NCBI GenBank assembly: GCA_963801165.1
Contig: CAWDDT010000006.1
Span: forward strand, 448,001 to 512,000
DNA from: an uncultured bacterium
GTDB taxonomy: Bacteria > Actinomycetota > Acidimicrobiia > Spongiisociales > UBA5794
Length of the DNA: 64,000 nt
Direction: 5' to 3'
Shown piece after piece: positions 19,411-28,746 of the stretch. Position numbers and translations under genes: made by a program. Every line of letters begins with the position of its first letter. The first letter of the stretch is position 1. The notes under the pieces were generated by a model that saw only the letters and a program-made list of their open reading frames with translations, was not told the origin of the DNA and ran no database searches.

Positions 19411-20733
19411 ATGCCGGTGATCTCCGACTTCACCATTCGGGACCGGCGGGTGCTGACTTTGATGATGTTTGTCGCGCTCGTAGCGGGCTATGGCGGCAGC
19501 CAGCTGAGTCATACGCTGCCGTTCGCCCGCAACGACCTCGGACTCAGCGAGGGCGGCATGAACTGGGTTTTTGCGGCTACCCGTGTCGCATCGTTCGTCG
19601 GTCTCGGCTTCATGGTCTATGCCGACCGCCACGGGCGGCGACGCCCGTTCCTCATTGCCTACGCTCTGCTCCCCATCGGCAATCTACTGACCGCGATTGC
19701 GCCGGATCCGGTCACCTTCGCCGCCGCACAAAGCGTCACCCGCATCGCGGTCATCGCAGTTGCCGGGCTCGCCATCGTTCTGCTTGCCGAAGAGCTGACG
19801 CCACGGCTCAGAGCCCTCGGGATCGGCCTATACGCGCTGGCCGGGGCGGCCGGCTCCGGTCTAGGGCTCAGTGTGCTGCCGATCGCCGACACCAGCGATG
19901 CCGCCTACCGGCTTCTCTTTGCGTTCACCGGTGTCGGCCTGCTCGGGATCCCGGTACTGATGAGATTCCTGAACGAGAGCCGGGCGTTCGTCGCCTACCA
20001 GCACAAGGTCACATTCCGCACCGCCCTCCGCGCCGGTTTGGGACGGCACTTCTGGCCCATGGCCGCAATCTCGTTTTTCGTCGCCATGTTCTCAGCCCCG
20101 GCCACGTCCTTTGTCATGGAGCGGTTGGTCGACAATCTCGCATGGGAGACGGGCCCCGCCCGCTTCCTGCTCATGGTGTTCAGCGGTCTCGGTACAGCCG
20201 GCGTGGTCATCGGCGGAAGACTCGCCGATCGAATCGGCCGCAAGCAGACGACCATCCTGGCTCTCCTCACAGGACTCGTCGGCGGCGTGGCCTTCTACAC
20301 CCAGGACAGCGGCTGGGTGCTCGCCCCTGCGATCTTCCTCGCCACGATGGGCCTGGGCATGCTCACACCATCTCTGGCGTCGCACCGTTCCGAGCTGTTC
20401 CCAACGAGGGTGCGGGCCACAGCGGCCGGGTGGATAACAAACGTCGCCATCGGAGGCAGCATCGCCGGTTTCACCATCGGAGGGCTGGTAGTCGACAGGG
20501 TCGGGCTGCCGCGTACGATCACTGCCCTCGGTGCCGGTCTCCTCATCGCCGTCCTCCTGGTCACCCGGTTGCCGGAGACGCGGGGGATGGACCTGGTGCG
20601 CTCCCGAGCGGGCCAGCAACGTGCCACCAGGCAAGGGCCACGAAACGCAACACCATCATCGTCGTCACAGCCCACCACACGCCGGGTAGACCCCAATCCT
20701 GCCACTGCACCACAGCAAGCACCACAGCAGTAA
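19411..20733 (+). CDS. MFS transporter
   Basis: About 12 TM segments; ADRHGRR and GRLADRIGRK motifs; SELFPTRVRA; LPETRG. Confidence 0.92.
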   Translation: MPVISDFTIRDRRVLTLMMFVALVAGYGGSQLSHTLPFARNDLGLSEGGMNWVFAATRVASFVGLGFMVYADRHGRRRPFLIAYALLPIGNLLTAIAPDPVTFAAAQSVTRIAVIAVAGLAIVLLAEELTPRLRALGIGLYALAGAAGSGLGLSVLPIADTSDAAYRLLFAFTGVGLLGIPVLMRFLNESRAFVAYQHKVTFRTALRAGLGRHFWPMAAISFFVAMFSAPATSFVMERLVDNLAWETGPARFLLMVFSGLGTAGVVIGGRLADRIGRKQTTILALLTGLVGGVAFYTQDSGWVLAPAIFLATMGLGMLTPSLASHRSELFPTRVRATAAGWITNVAIGGSIAGFTIGGLVVDRVGLPRTITALGAGLLIAVLLVTRLPETRGMDLVRSRAGQQRATRQGPRNATPSSSSQPTTRRVDPNPATAPQQAPQQ

Positions 20734-21892
20734 CGAAAGCTGCACCAACCGTCGACCCCGCCAGGAAGACAAACCGGGAGGCGCCGATCGCAATCCCGTC
20801 CCAGACGAACACGACAGCGTTCAGCGGTTGCATGAGCACGACGAACAGATAGACGCCGGACACCGCCCTGATCACGCTGCGGTCGTTGCTGAACAGTTCG
20901 GGAAGCACTCCTCTCCCGGCCGCCATCGCCACTGCCAGCACCACACCCACGAGCAGGCCCCACCAGAGCAATCGGCGCGCATAGGCACGGGCCAGAAGGC
21001 GGTCGCCGTCGAAGTGGAGACCGACGAGAGCCTGGGCCGCGATAGCCAGCGAGTCGACCACGAGAGCTAGGAACAGCCACAGCTGCATCGCAACCTGGTG
21101 AGCCGCGACGACCTCGTCCCCCTGCCTCGTGGCAACTGCGGTGGCGAGCGTCAACGCCCCGAGCAACGCCCCGCTGCGGATGACCAACGCCCGACCGGCA
21201 CCCACCAGCGGACGCAATCCCGCCAGACCGGGCCAGGCCACCTGGAGCGAGAATCCGGCCCGGCGGCGTCGCAGCAGCTCGACGAACACCAGCGCCCCGA
21301 TCCATTGTGCGGCAGTCGTCGCCCAGGCTGCTCCCGCCAGACCCCACCCGAGACCAAAGATGAGAACGGGATCGAGAATGAGGTTGAACAAAGATACCGA
21401 GCCCACCACCCACATCGGCGTCTTCGTGTCCTGGTAGCCGCGGAAAACGCCATGAGCCACGGTGGCCAGCAAGACGGCAGGTAGCCCCAGAGCCCTGATC
21501 CTCAGGTACACGGATGCGTCTGAGAGCAGATCTGCCCTGGCACCCATCACACTGAGGATCGGTCCGGCGAGAATCTCCAGGACCACCGCCGCTGCGGCCC
21601 CGATGCCGACTCCGAGAACGAGCGCTCCAATAGTGAGCCGCCCGGCCCGATCGCGATCTCCGGCGGCCAGGGCTCCGGCGACCAGCGGTGTCGTTCCGTA
21701 TGCAAGGAAGTTGAAGAGGAAAAAGGAGACCGAGAAGACAGCAACCGCGACACCCAACGACCCGAGAGCGACAAGCCCCAGCCGTCCGACGAAGGCGGTG
21801 TCCACGAGCGATACGAGCGGGTCCGCCGCCAGCGTTCCCAGAGCCGGTATCGCCAATCGAAATATCTCGCGATCGAGGTCGCGCCCGGTCAC
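20561..21892 (-). CDS. MATE (DinF-like) efflux transporter
   Basis: LAIPALGTLAADPLVSLVDTAFVG, NLILDP, AAHQVA. GTG start overlaps the nth stop. Confidence 0.93.
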   Translation of the reverse strand: MTGRDLDREIFRLAIPALGTLAADPLVSLVDTAFVGRLGLVALGSLGVAVAVFSVSFFLFNFLAYGTTPLVAGALAAGDRDRAGRLTIGALVLGVGIGAAAAVVLEILAGPILSVMGARADLLSDASVYLRIRALGLPAVLLATVAHGVFRGYQDTKTPMWVVGSVSLFNLILDPVLIFGLGWGLAGAAWATTAAQWIGALVFVELLRRRRAGFSLQVAWPGLAGLRPLVGAGRALVIRSGALLGALTLATAVATRQGDEVVAAHQVAMQLWLFLALVVDSLAIAAQALVGLHFDGDRLLARAYARRLLWWGLLVGVVLAVAMAAGRGVLPELFSNDRSVIRAVSGVYLFVVLMQPLNAVVFVWDGIAIGASRFVFLAGSTVGAAFVTAVVLAVVQWQDWGLPGVWWAVTTMMVLRFVALAWWHVAGPLGSAPGPSPASPATG

Positions 21893-22575
21893 CGGCTGTC
21901 TCGAGGGCGTCGGGTCTTCGGCTGATACGGACACCGATCCCGGAGCGGGCACTCCCAGCAGCGAGGCGTCCTGGCATCGCATATGTCTCGCCCGAACTGG
22001 ATGAAACGCATCGATATCCCGGCCCACGTCTTCTGCAGGTACAGCTCCTTGAGATCGTTCTCGATCTTCGCCGGGTCTGTGTGAGCGGTGAGACCGAGCC
22101 GACGGGTCACCCGTTTGACGTGCGTATCCACCGCAATGGCGGCATCGCCCCAAACCTCCGCCAGCACGACGCTGGCGGTCTTTCTGCCCACCCCCCGCAG
22201 TGTCACCATCGCGTTGAGATCGCGGGGCACCTCGCCATCGAACTTCTCGACGATGTCGGCCGCGAGGGCGAGAATCGACTTCGTCTTCTGGCGGTAGAAA
22301 CCAGTCGAGTAGACAACGCTCTCGACCTCCTCGGGTGCGGCTGCAGCCAGGTCCTCCGGGGTCGGCCATCTCGAGAACAACACCGGTGTCACCCGATTGA
22401 CGTTGTCGTCGGTCGTCTGCGCCGAGAGGACAGTGCTCACCAGAAGCTGCCAGGGGTCGTCGTAGTCGAGCGCGGTGCCCATCTCCGGATAGAGCTCGTG
22501 AAGCCGCCTGAGGATGATCCGCGCCGAGCGGCGCCGCTGCGCCAGCGGTTGCTCGAGAGGACTGGTGGCCACCAT
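21889..22575 (-). CDS. nth: Endonuclease III
   Basis: LSAQTTD, GVGRKTA, VDTHV and 4Fe-4S motif CDARTPRCWECPLRDRC. Confidence 0.96.
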   Translation of the reverse strand: MVATSPLEQPLAQRRRSARIILRRLHELYPEMGTALDYDDPWQLLVSTVLSAQTTDDNVNRVTPVLFSRWPTPEDLAAAAPEEVESVVYSTGFYRQKTKSILALAADIVEKFDGEVPRDLNAMVTLRGVGRKTASVVLAEVWGDAAIAVDTHVKRVTRRLGLTAHTDPAKIENDLKELYLQKTWAGISMRFIQFGRDICDARTPRCWECPLRDRCPYQPKTRRPRDSR

Positions 22576-22653
22576 GGCCGGGAAGTGTAGGGCCGGGACC
22601 ACCCGCCCGTGTGGGTTCACGACGGCCGAGCGGCGGCGGCTACGATCCAGTCC

Positions 22654-23214
22654 GTGGATTTACGCACAGCCGTCACGGAGAGGGCCCGGGTCGAGGGGAA
22701 CCTGGTGCTTGTTGACGAGTTCCTCAACCATCGCGTCGATCCCGAGGTGATCGCCTCGGTGGGCACCGCGCTGGCCGAGGTATTCACCGCTCTCGAACCG
22801 AATCTCATCCTGACCGCCGAAGCGTCGGGTATCCCGCCGGCGATGGCGTGCTCGCAAGAGATGGGTGTGCCGATGGTCTATGCCAAGAAGTATCTCGGAA
22901 CGGGCGACCGGTATTCGTACGGTCGCGAGGTCACCTCACCTACCAAGGGAGTCGAGTACCGGGTCGAAGTCGCCCGGCGGGTGCTTCCTCCGGGGTTGCG
23001 TGTGGTCGTCGTCGACGATTTCCTGGCCAGGGGCCGCACGGCAGAGGCACTCGGCGAGATCGTCGCCGAAGCCGGCTGCGAGGTGCTGGGCTTCGGGTTC
23101 GCCATCGAGAAGCAGTGGCAGGGGGGTCGGGAACGGCTCGAGCGACACGGCTGGAAGGTGCACTCGGTGGTAGAGCTCGTCAGCCTCGAGGGATCCTCGG
23201 TCATCATCAAGTGA
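22654..23214 (+). CDS. xpt: Xanthine phosphoribosyltransferase
   Basis: VDEFLNH, ILTAEASGI and PRPP motif VVVDDFLARG; GTG start 7 nt after TACGAT. Confidence 0.88.
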   Translation: MDLRTAVTERARVEGNLVLVDEFLNHRVDPEVIASVGTALAEVFTALEPNLILTAEASGIPPAMACSQEMGVPMVYAKKYLGTGDRYSYGREVTSPTKGVEYRVEVARRVLPPGLRVVVVDDFLARGRTAEALGEIVAEAGCEVLGFGFAIEKQWQGGRERLERHGWKVHSVVELVSLEGSSVIIK

Positions 23215-23639
23215 TCGACAAGGAGCGCGTCGCCGCGATTCGGGCTCGCTACGACGGGTGCTTCGGTTGCGGAACCTCCAATCAGATCGGGCTGCGTCTC
23301 GATGGGTTCATGCGCGACGGAAACCGTGTCCGGGTCCAGTTCCGGCCCCCGCAGCAATACAGCGGCTTCACCGATGTCGTTCATGGCGGCATTGTCGCCA
23401 GCGCTCTCGACGAGGTGATGGCGTGGACGGCGATGCTCGTTGAAGGTGTAATCGTGGTGACGGGTACTCTCGATCTCCGGTTCCGCAGACCCGCACGTAC
23501 CGGCACCGAGTTCGCTCTGGTAGGCACTCTCGAATCGCGCCGCGGTCGACGTCTCATGATCGCGGCAACGATGCTCGACGGCGACACCGTGGTCGCTGAA
23601 GCGTCGGCAATGTTCCTCGTGATGGAAGATCTGGATTAG
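23211..23639 (+). CDS. PaaI family (hotdog) thioesterase
   Basis: CFGCG...N..GL and VHGGIVASALDE motifs; GTGA overlap with xpt. Confidence 0.9.
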   Translation: MIDKERVAAIRARYDGCFGCGTSNQIGLRLDGFMRDGNRVRVQFRPPQQYSGFTDVVHGGIVASALDEVMAWTAMLVEGVIVVTGTLDLRFRRPARTGTEFALVGTLESRRGRRLMIAATMLDGDTVVAEASAMFLVMEDLD

Positions 23640-23679
23640 CCCGACCGCCCGGTGACAACTGGATACCGGCCGTGGGCGG

Positions 23680-24126
23680 CTAACCGCCGAACAGGACCAA
23701 CAACCCGAACCCGGCCGCCAGGTTGATGAATCCCGCCACCACCTGCCAGAACGCCCGCGGGTTCTTCTCGGGCCGCAGCCCGCGCCGCAAACGTTCTCCA
23801 GCGTTGACCCGTTTCAGCTCGCCTCGCCTCACGTCGGGATCGTCGTAGTCCTCGTCATGACGCTGCCGAGCACCGAAGAGAGCTCCAGCCGCACCCAATC
23901 CCATGCTCGTATACCCGCCGCCGCTTGCCCCCCCAGCGAGCAGCAGGAGAACACCACTTGCCATTGCGACGTAGGCGATACCGTCCATGACCGATGCGGT
24001 CGTGAAGAGACCGATCGCGCTACCGGCCAGGATGATCGCGCCCCAGCCGATCGCGAACACCGCCAGGTAGTCGGGAATGCGATCCCGCAACGGCAGCATC
24101 TCCTCCGGTGGGGCCGTCCCGGTCAT
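23680..24126 (-). CDS. Hypothetical membrane protein (about 3 TM)
   Basis: Hydrophobic segments; ATGA overlap with the upstream gene. Confidence 0.75.
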   Translation of the reverse strand: MTGTAPPEEMLPLRDRIPDYLAVFAIGWGAIILAGSAIGLFTTASVMDGIAYVAMASGVLLLLAGGASGGGYTSMGLGAAGALFGARQRHDEDYDDPDVRRGELKRVNAGERLRRGLRPEKNPRAFWQVVAGFINLAAGFGLLVLFGG

Positions 24127-24407
24127 CGGAAGGAGGCCGTCTTCTCCTCTTCGGCTCGCGCCTGGAGGTATCGCAGGATGCGCACGCACATGGCAATCAT
24201 GCCGAGGAGAATGAACAGAGCTCCGAAGAGCCAGCCGATGAACTCGAACCCGGCGAAGTAGCTGTTGCGGCAGTTGCTGAGCCCGTCGCCGCACAGCCCC
24301 CATCCGCTGCCGCCGCGGCGAAGGTCAAGAAGCACCATGAGCGGAATGAGCGCCACTGCGATGGCGGCGGTGATGAGTGCGACAATGGCGGCACGCAGTA
24401 CGGTCAT
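24123..24407 (-). CDS. Hypothetical 94-aa two-TM protein with a C-x6-C loop
   Basis: TM-loop(CGDGLSNC)-TM; TATTCT 6 nt before the ATG. Confidence 0.75.
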   Translation of the reverse strand: MTVLRAAIVALITAAIAVALIPLMVLLDLRRGGSGWGLCGDGLSNCRNSYFAGFEFIGWLFGALFILLGMIAMCVRILRYLQARAEEEKTASFR

Positions 24408-24493
24408 GCGCGGAGAATACCGCGATTTCGAATTGAAGCGGTGCCGTCACCGCGACTATTAGGGTGCAGTCCGGCGACGGAGTGAGGTGGCGA

Positions 24494-26125
24494 ATGGACT
24501 TCTACCGGGAGCAATTCACAGATGCGGAGCGAGCGGTCCTGACCCGCTTCTTCACCAACCTCGACGGCCCGGTCTTCGCCATCGTCAACCTGCCCGAGGT
24601 AGTCAAGGGGGCGCTCTTCGCCAGATACAGCAGGTCGTTCAAGTCGGTGCGCCGGCTGTTTCTCGATGAGTTCTACAACCAACCCGACGTGGGTGTGAAG
24701 CATCTCGCGGCAGCTCTCGACGGTGACGATCCGATGGTCAAGCTGCAACGGGCCCAGGCGCTCTATGACCGTGTGTTCTCCGAGTTCGGCGACGATTCCG
24801 TTGCGCAACTCGGTGGGGCGCACCTCGCCTGCGAACAGGCCTCCAACCTGTTGACCAAGGTGCTCGAGTGGGGGCGTCTGGCCGCCTACCTCGAACAAAG
24901 CACGCGTTACATCTTCTACGACGAGAAACTGGGCGATCACTACCGCTACATGATCCCACCGGAGATCGAGGCCTCGCCGTATCGGGACCGTTTCGTGGAA
25001 ACAATGGAGTGGCTGTTCGACACCTACGCCGCCCTTGTTGCGCAGGTGGTCCCCTACTACGAGGCCCTGTACCCGAAACAAGAGGGCGATTCCAACTTCG
25101 TATGGCGATCGACCATCCGGGCCAAGGCGTGTGACGATATCCGTGGTCTGCTCCCCGCTTCGACCCAATCGAGCGTTGGGATCTTCGCCACCGGACAGAC
25201 ATACGAGATGATGCTGATCAGGATGCGGGCACACCCTCTCGCCGAGGTGAGAGAGTATGCCGCCTTGATGCTCACCGAGCTGCGGAAGGTCATCCCATCG
25301 TTCATGCGTCGCGTCGACCTTCCCGACCGGGGTGGCGACTGGACCAGTTACCTGGTGCAAGTGACCGAGCGAATGAACGACCTGGCCGACCGGATCGAGG
25401 TCGAGCCGGAGCCGCGGGACGAGGTGACCCTGGTCGAATGGGATACGGACGCCGAGCTGAAGATCGCCGCCGCCGCTCTCTACCCGTACACCGATCTCCC
25501 CGACGATCAGATCCTCGCCCACGTCTCCCGGATGAACGAGGACCAGCAAGCCGAACTGATCCACGGTTACATCGGCGACCGTCGCAACCGGCGTCACAAG
25601 CCCGGGCGCGGTCTGGAGAGATCGGCCTACCGGTTCGACATCCTCTGCGACTACGGGGTCTTCCGAGATCTTCAACGCCACCGGATGCTCTCGATCGACT
25701 GGCAGCGTTTGTCGCCCACCCACGGCTACGTGACTCCCGACTCGATCGGGGACGTCGGGGCAACATCGGTCTGGGACGAGGCGATGTCACGGACTCGGGG
25801 GCTGTACGACGACATCGCCGCGGACCTGGGCAGCGACGTCGCCCAATACGTCGTCCCCTTCGCCTACCGGATCCGCTTCTTCTTCCAGCTCAACGCCCGC
25901 GAAGCGCTGCACCTCCTGGAGTTGCGCACCGGGGCCGGGGGGCATCCCGGGTACCGGCGGTTGTGTCAGGAGATGCACCGCCTCATCGCCGAGCAGGCCG
26001 GCCACCGCAACCTCGCGGCGGCAATGAGCTTCGTCGACCACAACGACTACGACCTTGCCCGGCTTGACAGCGAGAGGCGGGCTGCGGCCAAGAGGGCCGC
26101 ACTCAGCATCGAAGATCCTGCCTAG
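24494..26125 (+). CDS. thyX: FAD-dependent thymidylate synthase, long tandem-domain form
   Basis: FGDDSVAQLG, EQSTRY, DDIRGLLP, FRDLQRHR, ELRT...GHPGYR; about 543 aa. Confidence 0.9.
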   Translation: MDFYREQFTDAERAVLTRFFTNLDGPVFAIVNLPEVVKGALFARYSRSFKSVRRLFLDEFYNQPDVGVKHLAAALDGDDPMVKLQRAQALYDRVFSEFGDDSVAQLGGAHLACEQASNLLTKVLEWGRLAAYLEQSTRYIFYDEKLGDHYRYMIPPEIEASPYRDRFVETMEWLFDTYAALVAQVVPYYEALYPKQEGDSNFVWRSTIRAKACDDIRGLLPASTQSSVGIFATGQTYEMMLIRMRAHPLAEVREYAALMLTELRKVIPSFMRRVDLPDRGGDWTSYLVQVTERMNDLADRIEVEPEPRDEVTLVEWDTDAELKIAAAALYPYTDLPDDQILAHVSRMNEDQQAELIHGYIGDRRNRRHKPGRGLERSAYRFDILCDYGVFRDLQRHRMLSIDWQRLSPTHGYVTPDSIGDVGATSVWDEAMSRTRGLYDDIAADLGSDVAQYVVPFAYRIRFFFQLNAREALHLLELRTGAGGHPGYRRLCQEMHRLIAEQAGHRNLAAAMSFVDHNDYDLARLDSERRAAAKRAALSIEDPA

Positions 26126-26904
26126 TGACGACCCTCGATGACGAGCTCGCTCTTGCGCTCGATCTCGCCGACGCCGCCGATCGTCACACCCTGCCCCGCT
26201 TCGAGCAGGCCGACTTCACGCTCGGCTGGAAGGACGACCGCACCGAGGTAACGGAAGCCGACAGGGGCACCGAGGCTCTCCTCGCCGATCTCGTTGCCGC
26301 CGCCCGCCCCGGCCACGCGTTCTACGGTGAGGAGCACGGGCTCGCCGGCGTCGCCGACTCGGTGTGGCGGTGGGTGATCGACCCTATCGACGGAACCTCC
26401 GGGTTCGTGCGCGGCATACCGGTGTGGGCGACGCTCATCGCCCTCACCCACTCCCGCCACGGTGTCATGGTCGCGGTGGTGTCGGCACCGGCGCTCGGTC
26501 TTCGCTGGTGGGCAATCCGTGGGGGCGGCGCGTACGCCCACGGCGCCAGGTGCCATGTGTCCAAAGTGGCCGAGCTGGCCGCGGCACAGGTGAGCGTCAC
26601 CTTCAACGCCGGATGGGACGAGCTCGGTCTCACCGCCGTTCTCGTCGACATCCAGAGCCGGGCTCGGCGCGCCCGCGGTTTCGGGGACTTCTGGCAGCAC
26701 TGTCTCGTCGCCGAGGGGGCAATCGACCTCGCCATCGACGCCGTCGGGGTGGCGCCGTACGACCTGGCTGCGGTGCGTCTACTCGTCGAGGAAGCAGGTG
26801 GCAGGTTCACCGACCGACACGGCGTCGCCACGCACGAGCATCCCACCGCCATCAGCAGCAATGGTCTCCTCCACGACCTGGTGATCGCCCGGCTCGGCGG
26901 GTGA
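26125..26904 (+). CDS. hisN: Inositol monophosphatase family protein, probable histidinol-phosphatase
   Basis: VTEADR, GEE, WVIDPIDGT, WATLIAL, GFGDFW, YDLAA. Confidence 0.75.
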   Translation: MTTLDDELALALDLADAADRHTLPRFEQADFTLGWKDDRTEVTEADRGTEALLADLVAAARPGHAFYGEEHGLAGVADSVWRWVIDPIDGTSGFVRGIPVWATLIALTHSRHGVMVAVVSAPALGLRWWAIRGGGAYAHGARCHVSKVAELAAAQVSVTFNAGWDELGLTAVLVDIQSRARRARGFGDFWQHCLVAEGAIDLAIDAVGVAPYDLAAVRLLVEEAGGRFTDRHGVATHEHPTAISSNGLLHDLVIARLGG

Positions 26905-26931
26905 GCGCCTGTCGCTAACTTGGGCACCCAC

Positions 26932-27555
26932 ATGACCATCGACATCTCCGCCGCCATCGCGCTCGCTGGCTACCGGGCAGCCGTTGCCGGCCTCTACGAG
27001 AGGGCGCGAGCCGGGGACGACCCGCCGACCGCCTGGCAAACGTGGCGACATGATCGCGACCATCTGCTCCGCACCCACCCGCAGAGTCCCGTTGCCGACC
27101 GGCCCGATTGGCCGGGCTCGCCCTTCTTCGCGTACGACGCCTCGTGGCGCCTGCTCGGAGCCATCGTCGCCGCGGGCCCGACAGCTTCGATATCGGTGGC
27201 CCAGCGCGACGGCACAACAGAGCACTTCGACCCGATCGGCTCGGTCCAGTTCAGCCGGGAGAACGCGACCTATTCTCTCCCGCTTTACTGGACACGCGGT
27301 TACAGCGGGGGTCTCTTCCTCCCTTTCGGCGACGCCACCAACGGCATCACGACCGCAGGGTCGGGCCGCTACCTGGTCGACCAGGCCAAGTCGGCGTTCC
27401 TCGGTCTCTCAGACGAATGCCTCGTCCTCGACTTCAACTTCGCCTACCACCCATCATGTGTCTGGGGCGATTGGCTGTGCCCGCTGCCCCGCCCCGAGTC
27501 ACGCCTCCCCATCGCAGTAGCGGCCGGCGAGCGCCTGACGTTCGGTCAGGTTTGA
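26932..27555 (+). CDS. DUF1684 family protein
   Basis: LFLPFGDATNG..T.GSGRYL and LDFNFAYHPSC.W..W.CPLP motifs. Confidence 0.88.
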   Translation: MTIDISAAIALAGYRAAVAGLYERARAGDDPPTAWQTWRHDRDHLLRTHPQSPVADRPDWPGSPFFAYDASWRLLGAIVAAGPTASISVAQRDGTTEHFDPIGSVQFSRENATYSLPLYWTRGYSGGLFLPFGDATNGITTAGSGRYLVDQAKSAFLGLSDECLVLDFNFAYHPSCVWGDWLCPLPRPESRLPIAVAAGERLTFGQV

Positions 27556-27599
27556 GCTCTCTCAGGTTCGAGTTTCGGCAAGCCGAAACTCCCTTCCTC

Positions 27600-27818
27600 C
27601 TACTGGGCCAACGGGATCCGAAGTACGAGGTTTCCTTCCTCGAGGGACCAGGAGGCGTTGCCAACCAGCGAATAGTCGAGGTAGTCCTTCTCCGCCTGCA
27701 GGATGAACCGACGTCTGGCCTCACCTTCGAGCGGCGGTACTCCGCGTTCCTTCACGGCCGCGGCACGGTCGCGGAATCGTTGTAGGAACTCTTCGACGTC
27801 GAGTTGAGCCACGTTCAT
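27600..27818 (-). CDS. Hypothetical 72-aa protein
   Basis: Clean ORF filling the gap; AGGAGG lies upstream. Confidence 0.75.
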   Translation of the reverse strand: MNVAQLDVEEFLQRFRDRAAAVKERGVPPLEGEARRRFILQAEKDYLDYSLVGNASWSLEEGNLVLRIPLAQ

Positions 27819-27885
27819 CCTCCTGGCGATCTTGGCGACAGGCTAGTGCCCCGTCCCCCGGAGCGGGGAGCTACGCTCACGACCG

Positions 27886-28746
27886 ATGATCGACTGCAAG
27901 ATGACGTTCGTCTCCGGCAAAGGGGGCGTCGGCAAGTCGGCAATAACTGCGTCGCTTGCCTTGCAAGCGGCGCGCCAGGGGCACCGGGTTCTGGTCATCG
28001 GCATGGTCGAGAGCATCGGGGTGGCGGCTCATCTCGCCACCGAGCCACTCGCCTACCAGCCGCGCCGGGTGCGGTCCGGGATCTACGCCCTCGCCGTTAA
28101 TCGCAGCGAGGCCCTCGACGAATATCTGCGTCTTCAATTGCGGGTCCCCAAGGCGGCCCCAACGCGGATCCTGACCAGGGCGCTCAGCGTCCTGGCGGAG
28201 ACCGCGCCCGGTGTCCGCGAGATCGTGACTGTGGGAAAGCCGATATACGAGATGTGGAGGGACCGCTACGACCTCATCCTGGTCGATGCGCCTCCTCTCG
28301 GCCAGCTGTTCTCCTATCTTCGGGCTCCGACGACGATTTCCGATCTCGTCCCTGCCGGGATGGTGCGTGCGCAGGCGGAGCGGATGCGGACCGCACTCCG
28401 GGACGCGGACTCTGTGGCCCTCGTGCTGGTAACGACCCCGGAGGAGCTACCGGTGCTGGAGACACAGGAGGCGCTCCGCCGACTCGAGGCCGAGCCTGTG
28501 GTTCGGCTCGCCGCTGTGGTCGCCAACCGCGTTCTGCCCGACCTCGGGCTCTCCGCTGAGGAGATCGAAATGCTCCCCGACGGACCGCACCGGGCGGCGG
28601 CCCGTCACCACTACGCCGCCCAGAGCCAGCAGGAGCATTGGCTGGGCGCGCTCCCCACCGGCCCCCGGTTCCCCTATCTCTTCGGAATCCACACAGCAGG
28701 TGAGGTCGGGGAGACACTTGCCGACCTGTGGGACGGTCAGCAATGA
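27886..28746 (+). CDS. ArsA/Get3-related P-loop ATPase (first of pair)
   Basis: SGKGGVGKS deviant Walker A, APGVREI, LVDAPPLG, TTPEELPV.ET, VVANR. Confidence 0.88.
   Translation: MIDCKMTFVSGKGGVGKSAITASLALQAARQGHRVLVIGMVESIGVAAHLATEPLAYQPRRVRSGIYALAVNRSEALDEYLRLQLRVPKAAPTRILTRALSVLAETAPGVREIVTVGKPIYEMWRDRYDLILVDAPPLGQLFSYLRAPTTISDLVPAGMVRAQAERMRTALRDADSVALVLVTTPEELPVLETQEALRRLEAEPVVRLAAVVANRVLPDLGLSAEEIEMLPDGPHRAAARHHYAAQSQQEHWLGALPTGPRFPYLFGIHTAGEVGETLADLWDGQQ

Noticed and set aside
20707-20730. 12-bp two-copy repeat just before the MFS stop
   Set aside because: Only two copies, and explained by MATE coding on the other strand (AVVLAVV); not counted among the arrays.
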